A stretch of DNA of 61,384 nucleotides, the filler included, from Sphacelaria rigidula (Eukaryota), in NCBI GenBank assembly GCA_964200075.2. It is 11 parts of 11 records of this genome, joined end to end, with 100 filler letters (N's around TTAATTAATTAA, not from the genome) between each part and the next. Parts side by side here need not be neighbours in the genome. Positions count along the whole stretch, not along the records: positions 1 to 5,490 come from CAXNAA020026900.1; positions 5,591 to 11,080 come from CAXNAA020026901.1; positions 11,181 to 16,670 come from CAXNAA020026902.1; 8 more parts are not named here. One strand, given 5' to 3'. The position numbers and the translations under genes were made by a program. Numbering within the stretch: the first letter of the stretch is position 1; the number at the start of each line of letters is the position of its first letter. Below are positions 1 to 11,907 of this stretch, in pieces. Below the pieces are notes generated by a model. That model did not search any database and had not been told where the DNA came from. It saw only the letters and a list, made by a program, of their open reading frames with translations.

Positions 1-84
1 TTCGTGTAGCGCTTCGAGTCGCTCCACCCGTCAGACATGCCCACCCGAGGGTGGACATGTCCGGCGAATGTATGGATAGGGCTG

Positions 85-690
85 CCTAGAAAAGGAATAC
101 CTTCCCATTTTTTTGCCTAAGGAAGGTACGAAGACTGATCAGAGATGTAATGACAGCGAAACACACAATCTAGACCGCTTCCGCCCCGAGATTTTCACGC
201 ACATCAATCGGAGGGCTCCTCGGCACCCAGGCCTCGAAAAATAACAGAAAAAGCACATGTTGCTTGCGATATACGGCCATGCGCGAAAGGCCGTCTAGCC
301 TTGAGAAATCACTTTCCCTTTCTAGGCCAAATATTCACCACGTATACCTGAGCCAGGAATTCTTGTGAAATCGTACCTGGTCTAGGCCACCAGTCGGCCG
401 GGGCAATTGCCCAGAAAGGAATATCTCCTCGTTTTTGCCGAAGAGAGGTACGAAGATTGACCAGAGATGCGAAAACAGCGCAACATACAATCTTGACCGT
501 TTCCGCTCCGAAATTTTCACGCACATAGATTGGGGGGCTGCTTAGCACGCGGGCCTCGAAAAAAACAGAAAACTGAAACATGTGGCTCACGATGAACGGC
601 CGTGCGCGAATGTCTAGCCTCGAAAAACCACTTCCCATTTCTAGGCCAAATATCCACCAGGTATACCTAATCTGGACCACCAGTCGGCCG
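85..690. repeat. Diverged tandem duplication, period about 320 bp
   Basis: Blocks such as ggtacgaaga(c/t)tga, attttcacgcacat, ggcctcgaaaaa, tttctaggccaaatat and ccaccagtcggccg each occur twice about 300-320 bp apart. Confidence 0.75.
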
Positions 691-3146
691 ACAAAGTACC
701 TGTCCTGGGCCCTTCGCTTGCTATATTGTACCTTTCACGGCATACTGCGCGCAAGGGAGCCCACGCGCCATCTCCAACCATGGCGCCCACACATTCGGCT
801 CTTTTCACGCTCATTTGCCGCTTACAGACGCCACAACAATCAGGCCCTTCCCCCCCGGAAATACTTCCCGAGTCTCTCCGCAGCGACACAAGAACTGAAT
901 TCACAACTCACAACGCGTCGGTTTTCGTGCTTGCGGGGGGTTACGCAACATCGTGGTGTTGCGATATAGGGGCTGGTATCAGGGCCAAGCCAGGCTCTTC
1001 CGTCGCCAACGGACGGTTATCACATCATGGGTGGTTAACAGATAACAATCGTCACGCATATATAAATGGAGACAGTACAGCAATAGCGTTGAACTCTACA
1101 GAGTCACATGCGCGCAACAGAAGTACCCAGGGAGCACATACATTACATGCACTGGACTTTGCGTAACAATCACCAACGACGGGCGAGAAGTTCGGATCGT
1201 GTCCTCAGCTGTTATGTAGATACTGTGGGCGCCGGTGCAGGTGAGATATGCGGGGGAATGAAAGCTGCGAAGAAAGGCAGGACCACTACATTGTATTAAT
1301 AGCAAAGAGAGGAGGGAATAAGATGGGTGTCGTGAGGTTCGGGTCATTATCGCTGCACTGTATGATGTACTACGGGGGACGATTCACACGGGCTCGGTGG
1401 GGTGTGCGTGCGTTCAGCGACTGTCGAGGGCGAGGGCTTTAGCTATCCATCCATATCTGTTGGGCGCATGTTACTCTACAGGGTTCAACGCAATTGCTGC
1501 ACTCTCTCTACTTATATATACGTGACGGTTCTTATCCGTTCCTTAGACCAACCATCGATCATGTGATGACCGTCCGTTGGTACCGGAAGAACCTGGCTTG
1601 ACCGTGATACCAGCCCCTGTATCGCAACAGCACGATGTCACATAACGCCCCGTAAGCAAAAACGACCGACGTATGTCTCACTGTAACTCATTCACATCCA
1701 TCGGACACCAACTTTTGCGAGAATGATGTCGAAACTAATTCCAATCGGTTGGGTAGCTCTAAACACACAGGAAGCATAGAGCTTTACGAACGTGTTCGTC
1801 GAGTTCGGCGTTGCCAAACAGTGAGAAGAATGCCCAAATTTGTTCCGAAAATCCGGGGATAGACCAGTTTTATCCCCGAATTGACTCGTTTCTCTCTTTG
1901 GTGCCAGAAAGTAATGCATTGTGATGCGTGAAGGTTAATACCAAAGGAAAAGATCTGGATTGTCCCAGGTGTTCCACTTCCGTAGTCATTGTCGATTCTG
2001 CTGCAACATGAGTGATTCGGAGGCATCGCTCAACGTGGGTCATAGTACCTTAGTCGTAATCCATGAACATCAAATTTCGGGAGATTACTGTCAAAATGTA
2101 TTTCGATGGGTTGAAGAAGCCAAAAGCAAAAAATACGTCTTCGTCGAGTACGGCGTGGTCAAACACAGACTTTATGGCCAAAATTGTCCCGAAAACCAGG
2201 GGATGGGCCATGTTTATCCTCGCACTAATTTTGTTTTTGTGAAACGGACCGCAACGACAAGTGGTTGATCATAGAAAAACTTTGTTCCTGGTGAAAACCA
2301 TCACCCTATCTCGCCTCAGCTAAGAACATCCTCTCCTGGCATTTTTTCGCCATTGTAACACACGCACACACACAGCCTGCTGAGCGCTCAACCGGTTGTA
2401 CACCAGAAAAACTCAGATTACAGGGTGGCAGCCCTTGATGCGTCGCACCAGCAACAGTTAGGTCACCGCCGGAGGTATCTTTCTTTACTCCATGTGCCAA
2501 CAAGGCGTCTCTACGAGCGTTTGATCTCTCGTACATCCCCCTAACTGAGGTGTAGCAAACTAATTCTCGTTGTGAACACACAGGTGCAGAGAGATCGGAT
2601 GAAATCAACTATGACAATAATACCCTCCAAGTTACGATTGGATTTTCTTATTGCCGCAACACCGTCCCTGCTGGCATGTGTGTGTGAGAGAACAGTAGCG
2701 GTGACGAGAACGTCGCTCCGTTGTTCGACGACGTGTTCTGCAGCGCACAGAGGCGCGTCCTGTCCACAAACGGAGGCAAAGAGGTTTCAATACAAAAATC
2801 AGCTAGGGGCAAGCACATTTTAGACCGAAACATGGCTACGTAAAACATGTGCACACATTAGGTAGGACTGTTTAAGGTAGGGAAGACGCCGGGCTGACAA
2901 GGTACTTTTCTTTTCGGTCTGGGTGTACGAAAGGCCCATGATAAAGTATGGAGAAATGTGCCGTGGGAAACGTGTTGGGAAACTGGCTTTAGAGGGAAAA
3001 TGTGGAGAATGATGGACAAGATGACAGAATGTACGAATAGTGCCATGATGCTAGATCGGAACATATCGAGATATTTTGACATCTTACAAGGAGTTGCACA
3101 CGGACGGACGCTATCACCCACTTTATTCAGGGTGTTTGTCTATGAT

Positions 3147-3667
3147 GAGTCATGCTACGATAAAGGGGGGGGGGGTAGTTTTAGTTTGGGCCGTTTTCTT
3201 CCACAAATTCTACTTGCAATCGTCGTTGATAGCAGCAACGGTTATTCGAAGAGCAATGCTACGGTAGGGGTGCACTTTTTTCGCGGAATTTTTTTCTGGT
3301 TCAGGGGCTCCTGACGATTCTAGATTGCACAAGAATATGGGTCAGGGCATCCTCGTTTGCAAGTTCATTCGGGATTTCCCCAGAACATTGGAGTAGTAAT
3401 CCTGGCGTACTTTCACATATTTTCACAAGTGGTGTTTTGCATGAGATCAAGGGCTCCTGGCAATTTTAACTTCAGAAAATATTTGTGCACCCCTAACCGT
3501 AGCATCACTCCGAACGCGCTTGCTATCGATGAATAACGCTCATCCATACTGCTTGACACCGTGTTTGCCCAAATACAAGCGCACCGCCAGTATGTTGGGT
3601 CGTCTGAAGCATGAATGAGTCCATTTTTCGCGGAATCGAATACCCCCCTCTCTATCATAACATGACT
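3147..3667. mobile_element. MITE with GAGTCA-type TIRs inserted in the LINE RT
   Basis: Left end gagtcatgctacgataaaggggg is inverted with right end cccccctctctatcataacatgact. Removing it rejoins RT sequence (FVYD/LIRAV). The same terminus occurs at 22361-22422 (minus) and 50135-50194 (plus). Confidence 0.75.
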
Positions 3668-3994
3668 ATCATCTGATAAGGGCAGTGTAAGTAACAAAGC
3701 AAGGAGTCAAGAAGGGGGAAGATGCGGCATCAAGATTCATGTTCGCGGATGATTTCGTGGAAAAATCAGAAACACCAGAAGGAGTGCGGAAGCAAATAGA
3801 GAAGGCGCTAGGATACACTGAAAAATGGAGAGTAACAGCGAACGCGTCATAAATGCGCGGTACTTGTGTATAACGAAGATAAGAACCCGGTAGAGTTAAA
3901 ATGAAGATTGGGAGAAAGGGCGTTGTCGATCATAGACCAGTAGGCATACCTTGGCGTAGAGATCTTAAACAACTGTTTTTGGGATGCGAACATA

Positions 3995-4368
3995 TGTATT
4001 GGTCCGACTGTCGCCACAAGGGTGGAGAAAATGGGGGTTCGATTCCCGATGCATTGGGTTTTCTTCGTAATATCTGATTTCCACCGTGGAAAGCGTGAGA
4101 ACGTGAGTAAACAAAGTAGTCGACTGAGTTCGTTTGACGTGAGTTAACGCTTTGCGGGAGTGCTGACCCCGTCCGTGCAAGGCGCGTACCGGGGAGAGAT
4201 AGATGGCTTGATCTCTTGAGACCACGAACTCGTCCCGAGGAAGGAAGGGGGGGGGGGGCGTTCTCATGTGTTGCTTGCCTTAGTCGTTTGACCATTGACC
4301 ACGCATCCCTTTCGAGACGGAGCACAGCAGGAAGGGAGGGGGGTTCAAAGCGTGACAAACGAAACATG
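3995..4368 (+). mobile_element. Probable tRNA-derived SINE inserted in the LINE RT, itself carrying a poly(C)-tail element
   Basis: B-box GGTTCGATTCC at ~4036. Flanks cgaacatat and cgaaacatg resemble a TSD. Removal rejoins FWDANI to NKVMEEGK. The 3' body (ggcgYgtRccgggg...tcgtYcc.ag.ga.ggRaggg) recurs at ~9339-9410 and ~15846-15915. Confidence 0.55.
4247..4325 (-). mobile_element. Short 5'-truncated copy of the LINE 3' end with poly(C) tail
   Basis: Reverse complement matches 5365-5447. G12 at 4247-4258. Flanks ggaaggaagggg and ggaagggaggggg look like a TSD. Confidence 0.8.
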
Positions 4369-5490
4369 AATAAAGTAATGGAAGAAGGCAAGGCGCAGAT
4401 GGGCAGGATGGACGTGATTCTCAGAGACTCGCACCTAGATCCTAGGGTTAAAAGATGTATTCTGATGAAGGTGATTGTACCAAAGCTAGAATATGCTAGG
4501 AGAAGTGTGACAGGAGAACGCGACGTTGGTGAAGAACTTGGAAACAGTACAGATGGCAGCACCTAAGAAGGTTCTTGTGCTCAAAAACGACTGATGCAGC
4601 ATTGAGAGCAGAGTCGGGAAGGTACCCACTTCAAACGAAGAGATATGAAAAAATAAATTGACTGTCAAGAGTAAAGAACATGTAGCGAAAGATATTGCCA
4701 GCCATCGTTGATAGGGCTGTATGGAAGAAAGTGGCGAAACGATAGGCTGGAGTAAGATGGGATAGCGAAGGCGAGAAAGTATGGAAATAAATAGAAGGAA
4801 ATCAAGACGAGATACTATCCATAGATGAATGTGGCGGGTACATAACCAGGAAGGGACATGATACATAAAAGTGGAAAAGGGTCGCCAAGACGCAAAGCGA
4901 ATGAGTAAGAACACCTGAAGATATACAGGGGGTTGAGAGACGGGACAGGGATAAAGCCACATCTGCAGGGCACAGTAGACTTTGAATCTTCGATTTCGGG
5001 TGAGGGACCTGGAGATGCCAGAAGGAAGAGGTATACCAGGAGTCTAGTAGAGGAGGAAGTAAATGCACAAAATTGCCCCCGTGGCAAAAAGTAGAGTAGG
5101 AGTCATATAGTGGCGGGATGTAAACTATACTAGGAGAAACAGGACGTGCAAGAGGGGGAAATGTGGAAAGTAAGTGAAGGTGGCACGCGATCGTTTGATG
5201 CACTCAACCGTAGCGAGAACGGTGGTTATACTAGGAGATAAATGGTGGCCACAGACGGTGATACAGGATGGGGAAAATATACGTTTAATATATTTGTGTA
5301 GTGTATGGAAGAAACGCAATGATCACCGGAAATATTGGAGGTGTCTGTATTAGGAGTAGGGACGGTGCTCCGTCTCGAAAGAGATGCGTGGTCAATGGCC
5401 GAACGACTAAGGCAAGCATCGAATTAATACCAACCCCCCCCCCCCCCGATGGGGTTGGCGTGCCTTGGCCATGACCGTATAAAACACACC

Positions 5491-5590
5491 NNNNNNNNNN
5501 NNNNNNNNNNNNNNNNNNNNNNNNNNNNNNNNNNTTAATTAATTAANNNNNNNNNNNNNNNNNNNNNNNNNNNNNNNNNNNNNNNNNNNN
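5491..5590. other. Artificial contig linker N44-TTAATTAATTAA-N44 (first of 10)
   Basis: Identical 100-bp linkers at 5491, 11081, 16671, 22261, 27851, 33440, 39029, 44618, 50207 and 55796. The palindromic 12-mer gives TAA in all six frames. Intervening pieces are 5490 bp (x5) then 5489 bp (x6). Confidence 0.97.
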
Positions 5591-6007
5591 AAATGTGAAA
5601 ACCGCAGAACCACCACTGATTCGGACATGTCCGTGACGTTAATTTACACACTCCCATCTGACAACTTTTCAGCATGTAATCACGAGTGCTCGACATCAAA
5701 ACGTCCAAAATCGGTCAACATCGGGGTATAAGTGGACCCAAAAGAGCCAAAGTGGGGTATATTTTGATATAATTTTAGTATTGAAAACAAGTTTTTTTTT
5801 CTTTTTTTTTCTCAGTCAGCTTCGTCTGCACGTTATCTCTCTAACGAGCCCAACTGTAGCATGATCTTGAGCATTGAAATACCCACACGATTAAACGTCC
5901 ATAACGATACAGATTTATAGGACAAAGGAAGTATTCCTTCAGCATACCATCGAGTTAGATACTGACTTGCAGGTCGTCCTGTGGTCATATCCAAAAGGTG
6001 TTCTAAC

Positions 6008-8731
6008 CTGAAGGCGTATATTCGCTTCCCGGCCCTCATTCTGCTTGAAGGTATCAAACGCATTCTTCAGGTCACAATCGCCTCCAACAAGAGAAGTAGT
6101 AGCACTCATGTCCCGCCCCCCTCCCTTCGACGAGTTGGTGGCGATAACTGCGTCGATTGCATCAGTACTGTGTGACGATGCTTCCCTGCAAGACGCAACG
6201 GGCCCTGTCGCGTCCTGCCCCCTCTCGATATCGTCACCTTTACCGCAACAATTAATACCACGAAAGCCTCGATCAGCCAGCTCCAATCCTTGCGCAGTGA
6301 TAGGCCGTGGTCCTCTTGCCGGAGGCAACGGGTTACGATTATCTTGGTCACTGCATTTCGGCCGTCGAGACGGCGACGATCCCGATAACAGCGGTCCAGA
6401 TAAAGATCGATGCGCCCCTAATCTTTCGAGGCAATTGGACCGCCGATCGCAGGTGCGATGTTCATGCTCATCATCGGGCACGTTCACCCAATGTATCTGC
6501 CGTCGTGATCTCTGTAGTCGTCTCAGAAGGGCTCCCTCGTCATGAGTAGAGAGATGGTCACTGGATACAACACGTTTGCCCGCCCCGTCGCCTTCAACGT
6601 TCCTTTCATAATTTTCTCCGTTTCCTTCTCCGTTGTAAGGATTATGTGCGTCAACGACAGTACAAACCGCGTCCCGAATAATGGCGGCCGTTGGAGATGG
6701 CCCGCGATGTGCGTCCCCCCCGCCGGTATGAACCCCCTGGCTTGGTGATGGCTCCCCTGCGAAAGAGTATTTGGTCTCCTCCGTGTTGGTGATAGCGTTG
6801 TTGTTGTTGTTGTTGTTGTTACGTTTTGCGATGCCCATGGCGTGGGTTCGTTCCTCACTCGATCCCACTGCCGCCGCCGCGGCTGCCGTTGTCATGGAAG
6901 CCCACAAGATCTCCCTGAGCGCTCGCACGAACTCATGCGCGTGTCCGACGGTAGTAAATTTCGGGGGCGCGGGAAACCCATTCGTTCTCAGGATCTCGTC
7001 GTCAGGAATGGTGCTCGCAGCAGTGACGCCGACGGATGTAGGGCTCCTTCGCTGGTGATGCCGTCGCACTCGGTGGTTTTGAGGTCCTAACGATAATTCC
7101 TGGTCCGTGGCAGCATCGGCTTCCGTGTCTAGCGGGGTGAAAGTTCTGAGGCCTTGGGTCCGTCCGGGCGACCGTCGGTCTCTCTCGTTTTCCCTGTTGT
7201 CGTCATCATTGCTACTCAATGTTCCGTGCTCGTCGCCCCCCTGCTTCTCTTTTCTTGAAACCTGCTGCGGTGTTCCCGGTTCTATTTCTGGCAGCACGAA
7301 GCGACCGGCTTCCTCCCATACCTCGCGACGTTGGAATGTGTCCAATGGTGGTGCGCCCGCGGCACTGCGGCTGTGCGTTACTTGCGCGAGCTCGGTTTTC
7401 AACTGTCGCACCTGTCGTTGAAGTCTGCGATACCAGCGTGTAGCGCGGACGGGTTTGATTAGGGGGGAGTGGCGGCAGGCTGCATACATGACAACCCGAT
7501 CTCTCTCTCTCTCTCTTTTTTGCGTTGTATTTGGTAACGTCGAAGTCTTCTTGGGGCCAACGCCATTGATTGCGGCCTACCCCAGAGGGGAAATACGTCA
7601 CGAGAGAACATGCACCGCGACTTCAGCTTGCGCCCGAAAGTAACCGGTAACCTGCTGGGCAAACTTGCAAATACCGTGTAGCCGGGTGTGCATGGCGTAT
7701 GCCTGGTCGCGATCTATCTGCGTGCTCCGATTACGGAAGTATTTCACGAGTGTAGACGCACGACGCACTCAGCAGGGGTGAACCCAGTAGTCAACACAGG
7801 CGCAAGCACGAAAGAGAGCAATGGTGCCACCGCACCTCGATATCTCGTCCGTCGTGGAAGAGTAGCCGTCGTTTACTACCGGGTTGTTCTTGACGCAGCG
7901 CATTCGAGAAGCAAACTTTAACGTGGCCAGGGTTTGCGATAGCTGGTCTGGTCGCGGCCACACGCACGCGATCATGAGCGTGCGGCAGTTGCCACCCAAC
8001 GAGTCCTGTCTTGAAACAACGAGGATGCGTGGAGGATACCGGGGCGAGTATTGAGATAATTATTTTCACTAGAAACAAAGGCGAGACATCCGTGTGCTGA
8101 CGAGTATGGCGATCGGAAGCCGACAGGGGCATGGACGAACGCTTACTATACAGCAGTACTGCGTGTCATAGCAGGCGCTAAGACTCTCTCACCAAGCCTA
8201 CCGACCGATTCCGTCAGCCGACGACATCGTCAGAAGCCGAAACATATTTCTAACTTGTTTCCGGTTCAAGTCAACATGGTACATCTACTTAAACAACCGG
8301 GCTTCCCCCCAGGTGCACTATTTGACTTCCGCACTTGCTCGCCTTGAGGAGATGAGTCAACTTGCTCTGCCTGAACGGGACGTGATCCCTTGTCTTGTCG
8401 GCAAGTGCAATGGTGACCTTGAAGAGTGCAGTCGGCACAAATTAGCATCAGGGCACGTACAATGGAAGGGCGTGTATTCTGTAGATTCATTGGATGTAAT
8501 CCGTACGTGCGTGGCTATGGCGGACGGGGGGGAGGGGGAAAAGGTGGATCATGTTGCAGGATCATTCAGGTAATCTTTCAAACACCCGTACGTATTTTCG
8601 CCTTTTACGTACTACTGCACTCGTATTTCGCGGTAACTTACACCAGACCTCATGTAGTACGAAAGCTATGTTCTCTCGTCAAGTATATTCTTACATACAG
8701 TAGTCGCGCGCTCAAAACAAAAAGAAGAACG

Positions 8732-8777
<46 letters not shown>

Positions 8778-10326
8778 GCAGACAGATATATTGAAACACG
8801 AGAATAACACCGTTCGGTTTCCGTTCGAACAACGGAAAGAGAATTGCAAGTACAGTACGCATATGCGTCATCCGCGGCGCCAGTGGTTCAAGTGGTATAT
8901 AGATGGCACTAATTAGGTCGGGAGTGACGCTGCGATAACCCCCTCCCCAAACCAGCCCCAAAACTGTCACGAATAAAATGGCTATACAGCGCATGATAGC
9001 TGGTTTCAGACTGCATGAAGCGCTTCACATGGGTGAGATTGACAAAGACGATCCCAAGCGTGGGAATTCCCAGCTGCATTCTCGGCGTGCTCGGCTTTTG
9101 TCATTTTGGTTTTTATGTAGATTTTGCCTCCTGGACCCACTAGCCACTTTTCGGGGAGGGGCTATCGCGGCATCAGTCTCGAGAGAATGCGCGTTCGATC
9201 CCCGGCATATGCATTTTTTTTTTCTGAAAATAATGTGATTGATGAGGTTAGACACGTGAGGATTCCGGTGATTTATTTGAGGAGCGTCGGCGCGGTATAC
9301 AGACGTACTAAAACCGAATCCGCGATACCAGAATGCAAGGCGTGTGCCGGGGGAGAGAAGAGAGGTCGATGTCTTGACACCATGGACTCGTCCCGAAGAA
9401 GGGGAGGGGCTGAAAGTGTGACTGATAATTGTATACATATATGTTGTCTCTTCAGGATGAAAGTTCGCCCCAGAACTGGCAAAGCCACCCTTTTCACAAC
9501 AGTAAAGCTAGGCATTGCGCCGCTCATCCTCGCTCGAAGGTGACACACAGTCTCTTTCAAGCAAAAATGCACGAGGGCTATTGTGCTACTGTATTACTGT
9601 ATTTGCATGATTTCGCACCTGTTCTAAGAACGTGAGAGATTTATTGATGTAACAGCTCTGCCGATGGACGATTGCGTCATCGTCCGTCCCCATTCCTCCA
9701 CGCAATTCGCTCTTCTCATTTCCAGCCAAGTCTACGAGATTAAGTTTCGAAGTCGTTGCAGCAGGGCTAGCATCTTCGCGAGATCTCTCCACCACGAGGT
9801 GAACAGTCAGAACCGCGTGTGACCTGAAAAAAACGCACCGATTGCGCCCATCACCGCCCTTCAGCATGAACGCAATGGGTACAGTAGTACTACGTGATTA
9901 AAAGTCAGATATACTTAGGTTTGTACGATCTACCTGCACCCCTCCCTCCATGTGGTTATTGCTCCGCCTCGAAAGGGATGCGAGGCCAATGGTCAAACGA
10001 CTAAGGCGAGCAACAAATTTGTACGCCCCCCCCCCCACCCGTGTCGTTGTTCCCACCCACTCTTTTGAGGAAGTTTGGCGTTGTAACGAACTAGTGGAAC
10101 CCGTGCATCCTTACCATACTTCAAAGTAAATCTGCAGAAGGCACCTCTCCCCCCGCTCATATTTTGGTCAACAGCTCTCCTTATCCCTTCAAATCAGCGT
10201 GAACATACGCGCTCACCTGGAAGACGTGTGATTAAGCTGGTTCTCGGCGATGACTCTATTGGCCTCGCCGTGCCGCAGCATTGCCATCGCCTCTTCTTCC
10301 GTATTCACTGGCTCTATACTCAGCCC
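6008..10326 (-). CDS. KIF9: Kinesin-9A (KIF9/KLP1-like), partial; exons 10326-10217, 9823-9619, 8417-8343, 8005-7836, 7424-6008
   Basis: Exons splice in phase to give switch I NHTSS/RSH, switch [61 protein letters not shown], a neck coil [14 protein letters not shown], and [16 protein letters not shown], which resembles the KIF9 tail motif. The P-loop exons and C-terminus are not on this contig. The last donor (6007) is less certain. Confidence 0.9.
8733..8774. repeat. (CA)n microsatellite in a KIF9 intron
   Basis: About 21 perfect CA units. Confidence 0.95.
9960..10036 (+). mobile_element. Short LINE 3'-end copy with poly(C) tail in a KIF9 intron
   Basis: gctccgcctcgaaagggatgcgaggccaatggtcaaacgactaaggcgagcaac...gtacg followed by C11. 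Flanks ccctccatgtggtt and ccacccgtgtcgtt resemble a diverged TSD. Confidence 0.8.
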
Positions 10327-11326
10327 CTAAAAATACAGAAACGAGGACATTTGGAGCGGAAGGATCCCCCAAGCAATGAGGATGAATAATCGATGCTGAG
10401 ATCGCAGTTAACTTGCGGGAAAATATTCCTGGAGCATGGTAGCTTCTGCCTCAGGTACTACCAGCACTGCTAGCATTATTTGGGACGGCAGGACTTGCGT
10501 ATCCCTCTGTATGATACATTCTCGTCCAATGCCCACCTTGAGTATTTTTGCTTGTATGCGCGAGGAGTGTGTCGCCTATTTGTTTCAGAGCCACTTTGAC
10601 CGGGGCCGAACAGTCGGCGAAGAATTAAATCAAAACCGTAGAGACAAAAATAGTACACCACGTCATGATTGGGCCGTGTAGCGTGCACCTTCGCCATCCG
10701 ACGTGAGTTGCACAATTAGACCCACTTTTATGGCAACGAATCTCGATTTGTACAAATATGAGGATTTCAGCCCGTCTACGGGCGATATCTTTCCGTGGAT
10801 TGATATTTCGGATCCCAGTCCGTTGGGCAATGCTTTTCGCCTATCTGTGAGCAAACCGGATAGATCAATTCTCCGATTTTCTGGACGTTGACTTTTGGTT
10901 TATCACCTCTCTGCCCAAATCGGGACACTCCTGCATCTCCCCCGATTTTTGAAAACAAATCGGAGGAGATGCGGGAGTCTCCCGATCTGGGCAGAAAGGT
11001 GGTGAATAAAAAAACAGTGGATCCTAGAACATGGGGTTCATACAAAATATGAGGTTGAAGTGGCATTTCTCTTTTGCAGGNNNNNNNNNNNNNNNNNNNN
11101 NNNNNNNNNNNNNNNNNNNNNNNNTTAATTAATTAANNNNNNNNNNNNNNNNNNNNNNNNNNNNNNNNNNNNNNNNNNNNATGCGAGGTCAATGGTCTTA
11201 TGACTATGGCAGGCATGATCATGAGTACACCTCACCCCCCCCACAACAACAGAGAGAGAGAGAGAGAGAGAGAGAGATCAGAGTTCTGCTGAAGCGACGG
11301 AGAGTATCTCTTGAGTAGTACATTTA

Positions 11327-11735
11327 TAGGGCGACCACTCGAGTCATTGTTTGTCGTGGAAAAAAGTATGACTCGAACACACGAGTCATTGCTCATTACA
11401 CTGTAAGAAAAATTATGACTCGAGCACACGAGTCATTGCTCTCTGTAAAAAAAATTATTGACTCGAGCACACGAGGCATTATTGCTCGTTGTGAAAAAAT
11501 TAATGACTCGAGTACACGAGGCATTGCTCGTTATGAGAAAACTGTGTGACTCGTGTGCTCGAGTCATTGCTCGTTGTTAGAAAACTGAATGACTCGTGTG
11601 CTCGAGTCATTGCTTGTTGTAAAAAAATGGAAGGACTCGAGCACACGAGTCATGCTCTTTGTGTTTTAAAAAAACATCCACGAGTGCACTTGTTTCGATG
11701 AGAAATGGCTCGTCCGACGTGTGGATTTTCTGCCC
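11327..11735. repeat. Array of seven 43-47-bp units, each with palindrome GACTCG-N6-CGAG(T/G)C; probably part of a DNA-transposon/MITE family
   Basis: Palindromes start at 11370, 11417, 11460, 11505, 11548, 11591 and 11634. The downstream flank 11650-11722 matches 44718-44790 on another contig. Confidence 0.85.
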
Positions 11736-11907
11736 TTCGTGATGTAGAAAATGACGAATGGATTACATGTTGTAATTCAATGCGACATTTTTAATTCAAC
11801 AGAGAGGTTACCGCACGGTCCCAGAGCCTTGCTGCAAGCTAAACCTGGTGCCCCGCGTCACACGTTTTTACACTAGCAAACCAAGAAGTCAACGGTGCAC
11901 GATATAC

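Larger units (their letters stand above)
2900..5447 (+). mobile_element. Decayed non-LTR retrotransposon (LINE), 3' part: RT, cysteine-rich tail and poly(C) end, interrupted by nested inserts
   Basis: RT motifs VRKAHDKVWRN (~2925), QGVAHGRTLSPTLF (~3087), MFADDFV (~3739), YLGVEI (~3947) and VIVPKLEYA (~4470). Degenerate CCHC-like CP..ESRSHIVAGC at ~5075-5120. Many stops and frameshifts. Ends in C14 at 5434-5447. Confidence 0.85.

Noticed and set aside
828..1166. Possible terminal exon on the plus strand (good acceptor, open to TAA)
   Set aside because: No recognisable protein similarity and no partner exon; it cannot be supported without RNA data.
2306..2760. Possible downstream KIF9 exon on the minus strand
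   Set aside because: It lies on a different contig and the similarity is too weak.
11370..11651. CRISPR-like spacing of palindromic repeats
   Set aside because: The spacers are homologous to each other, no cas genes are present, and the context is eukaryotic.
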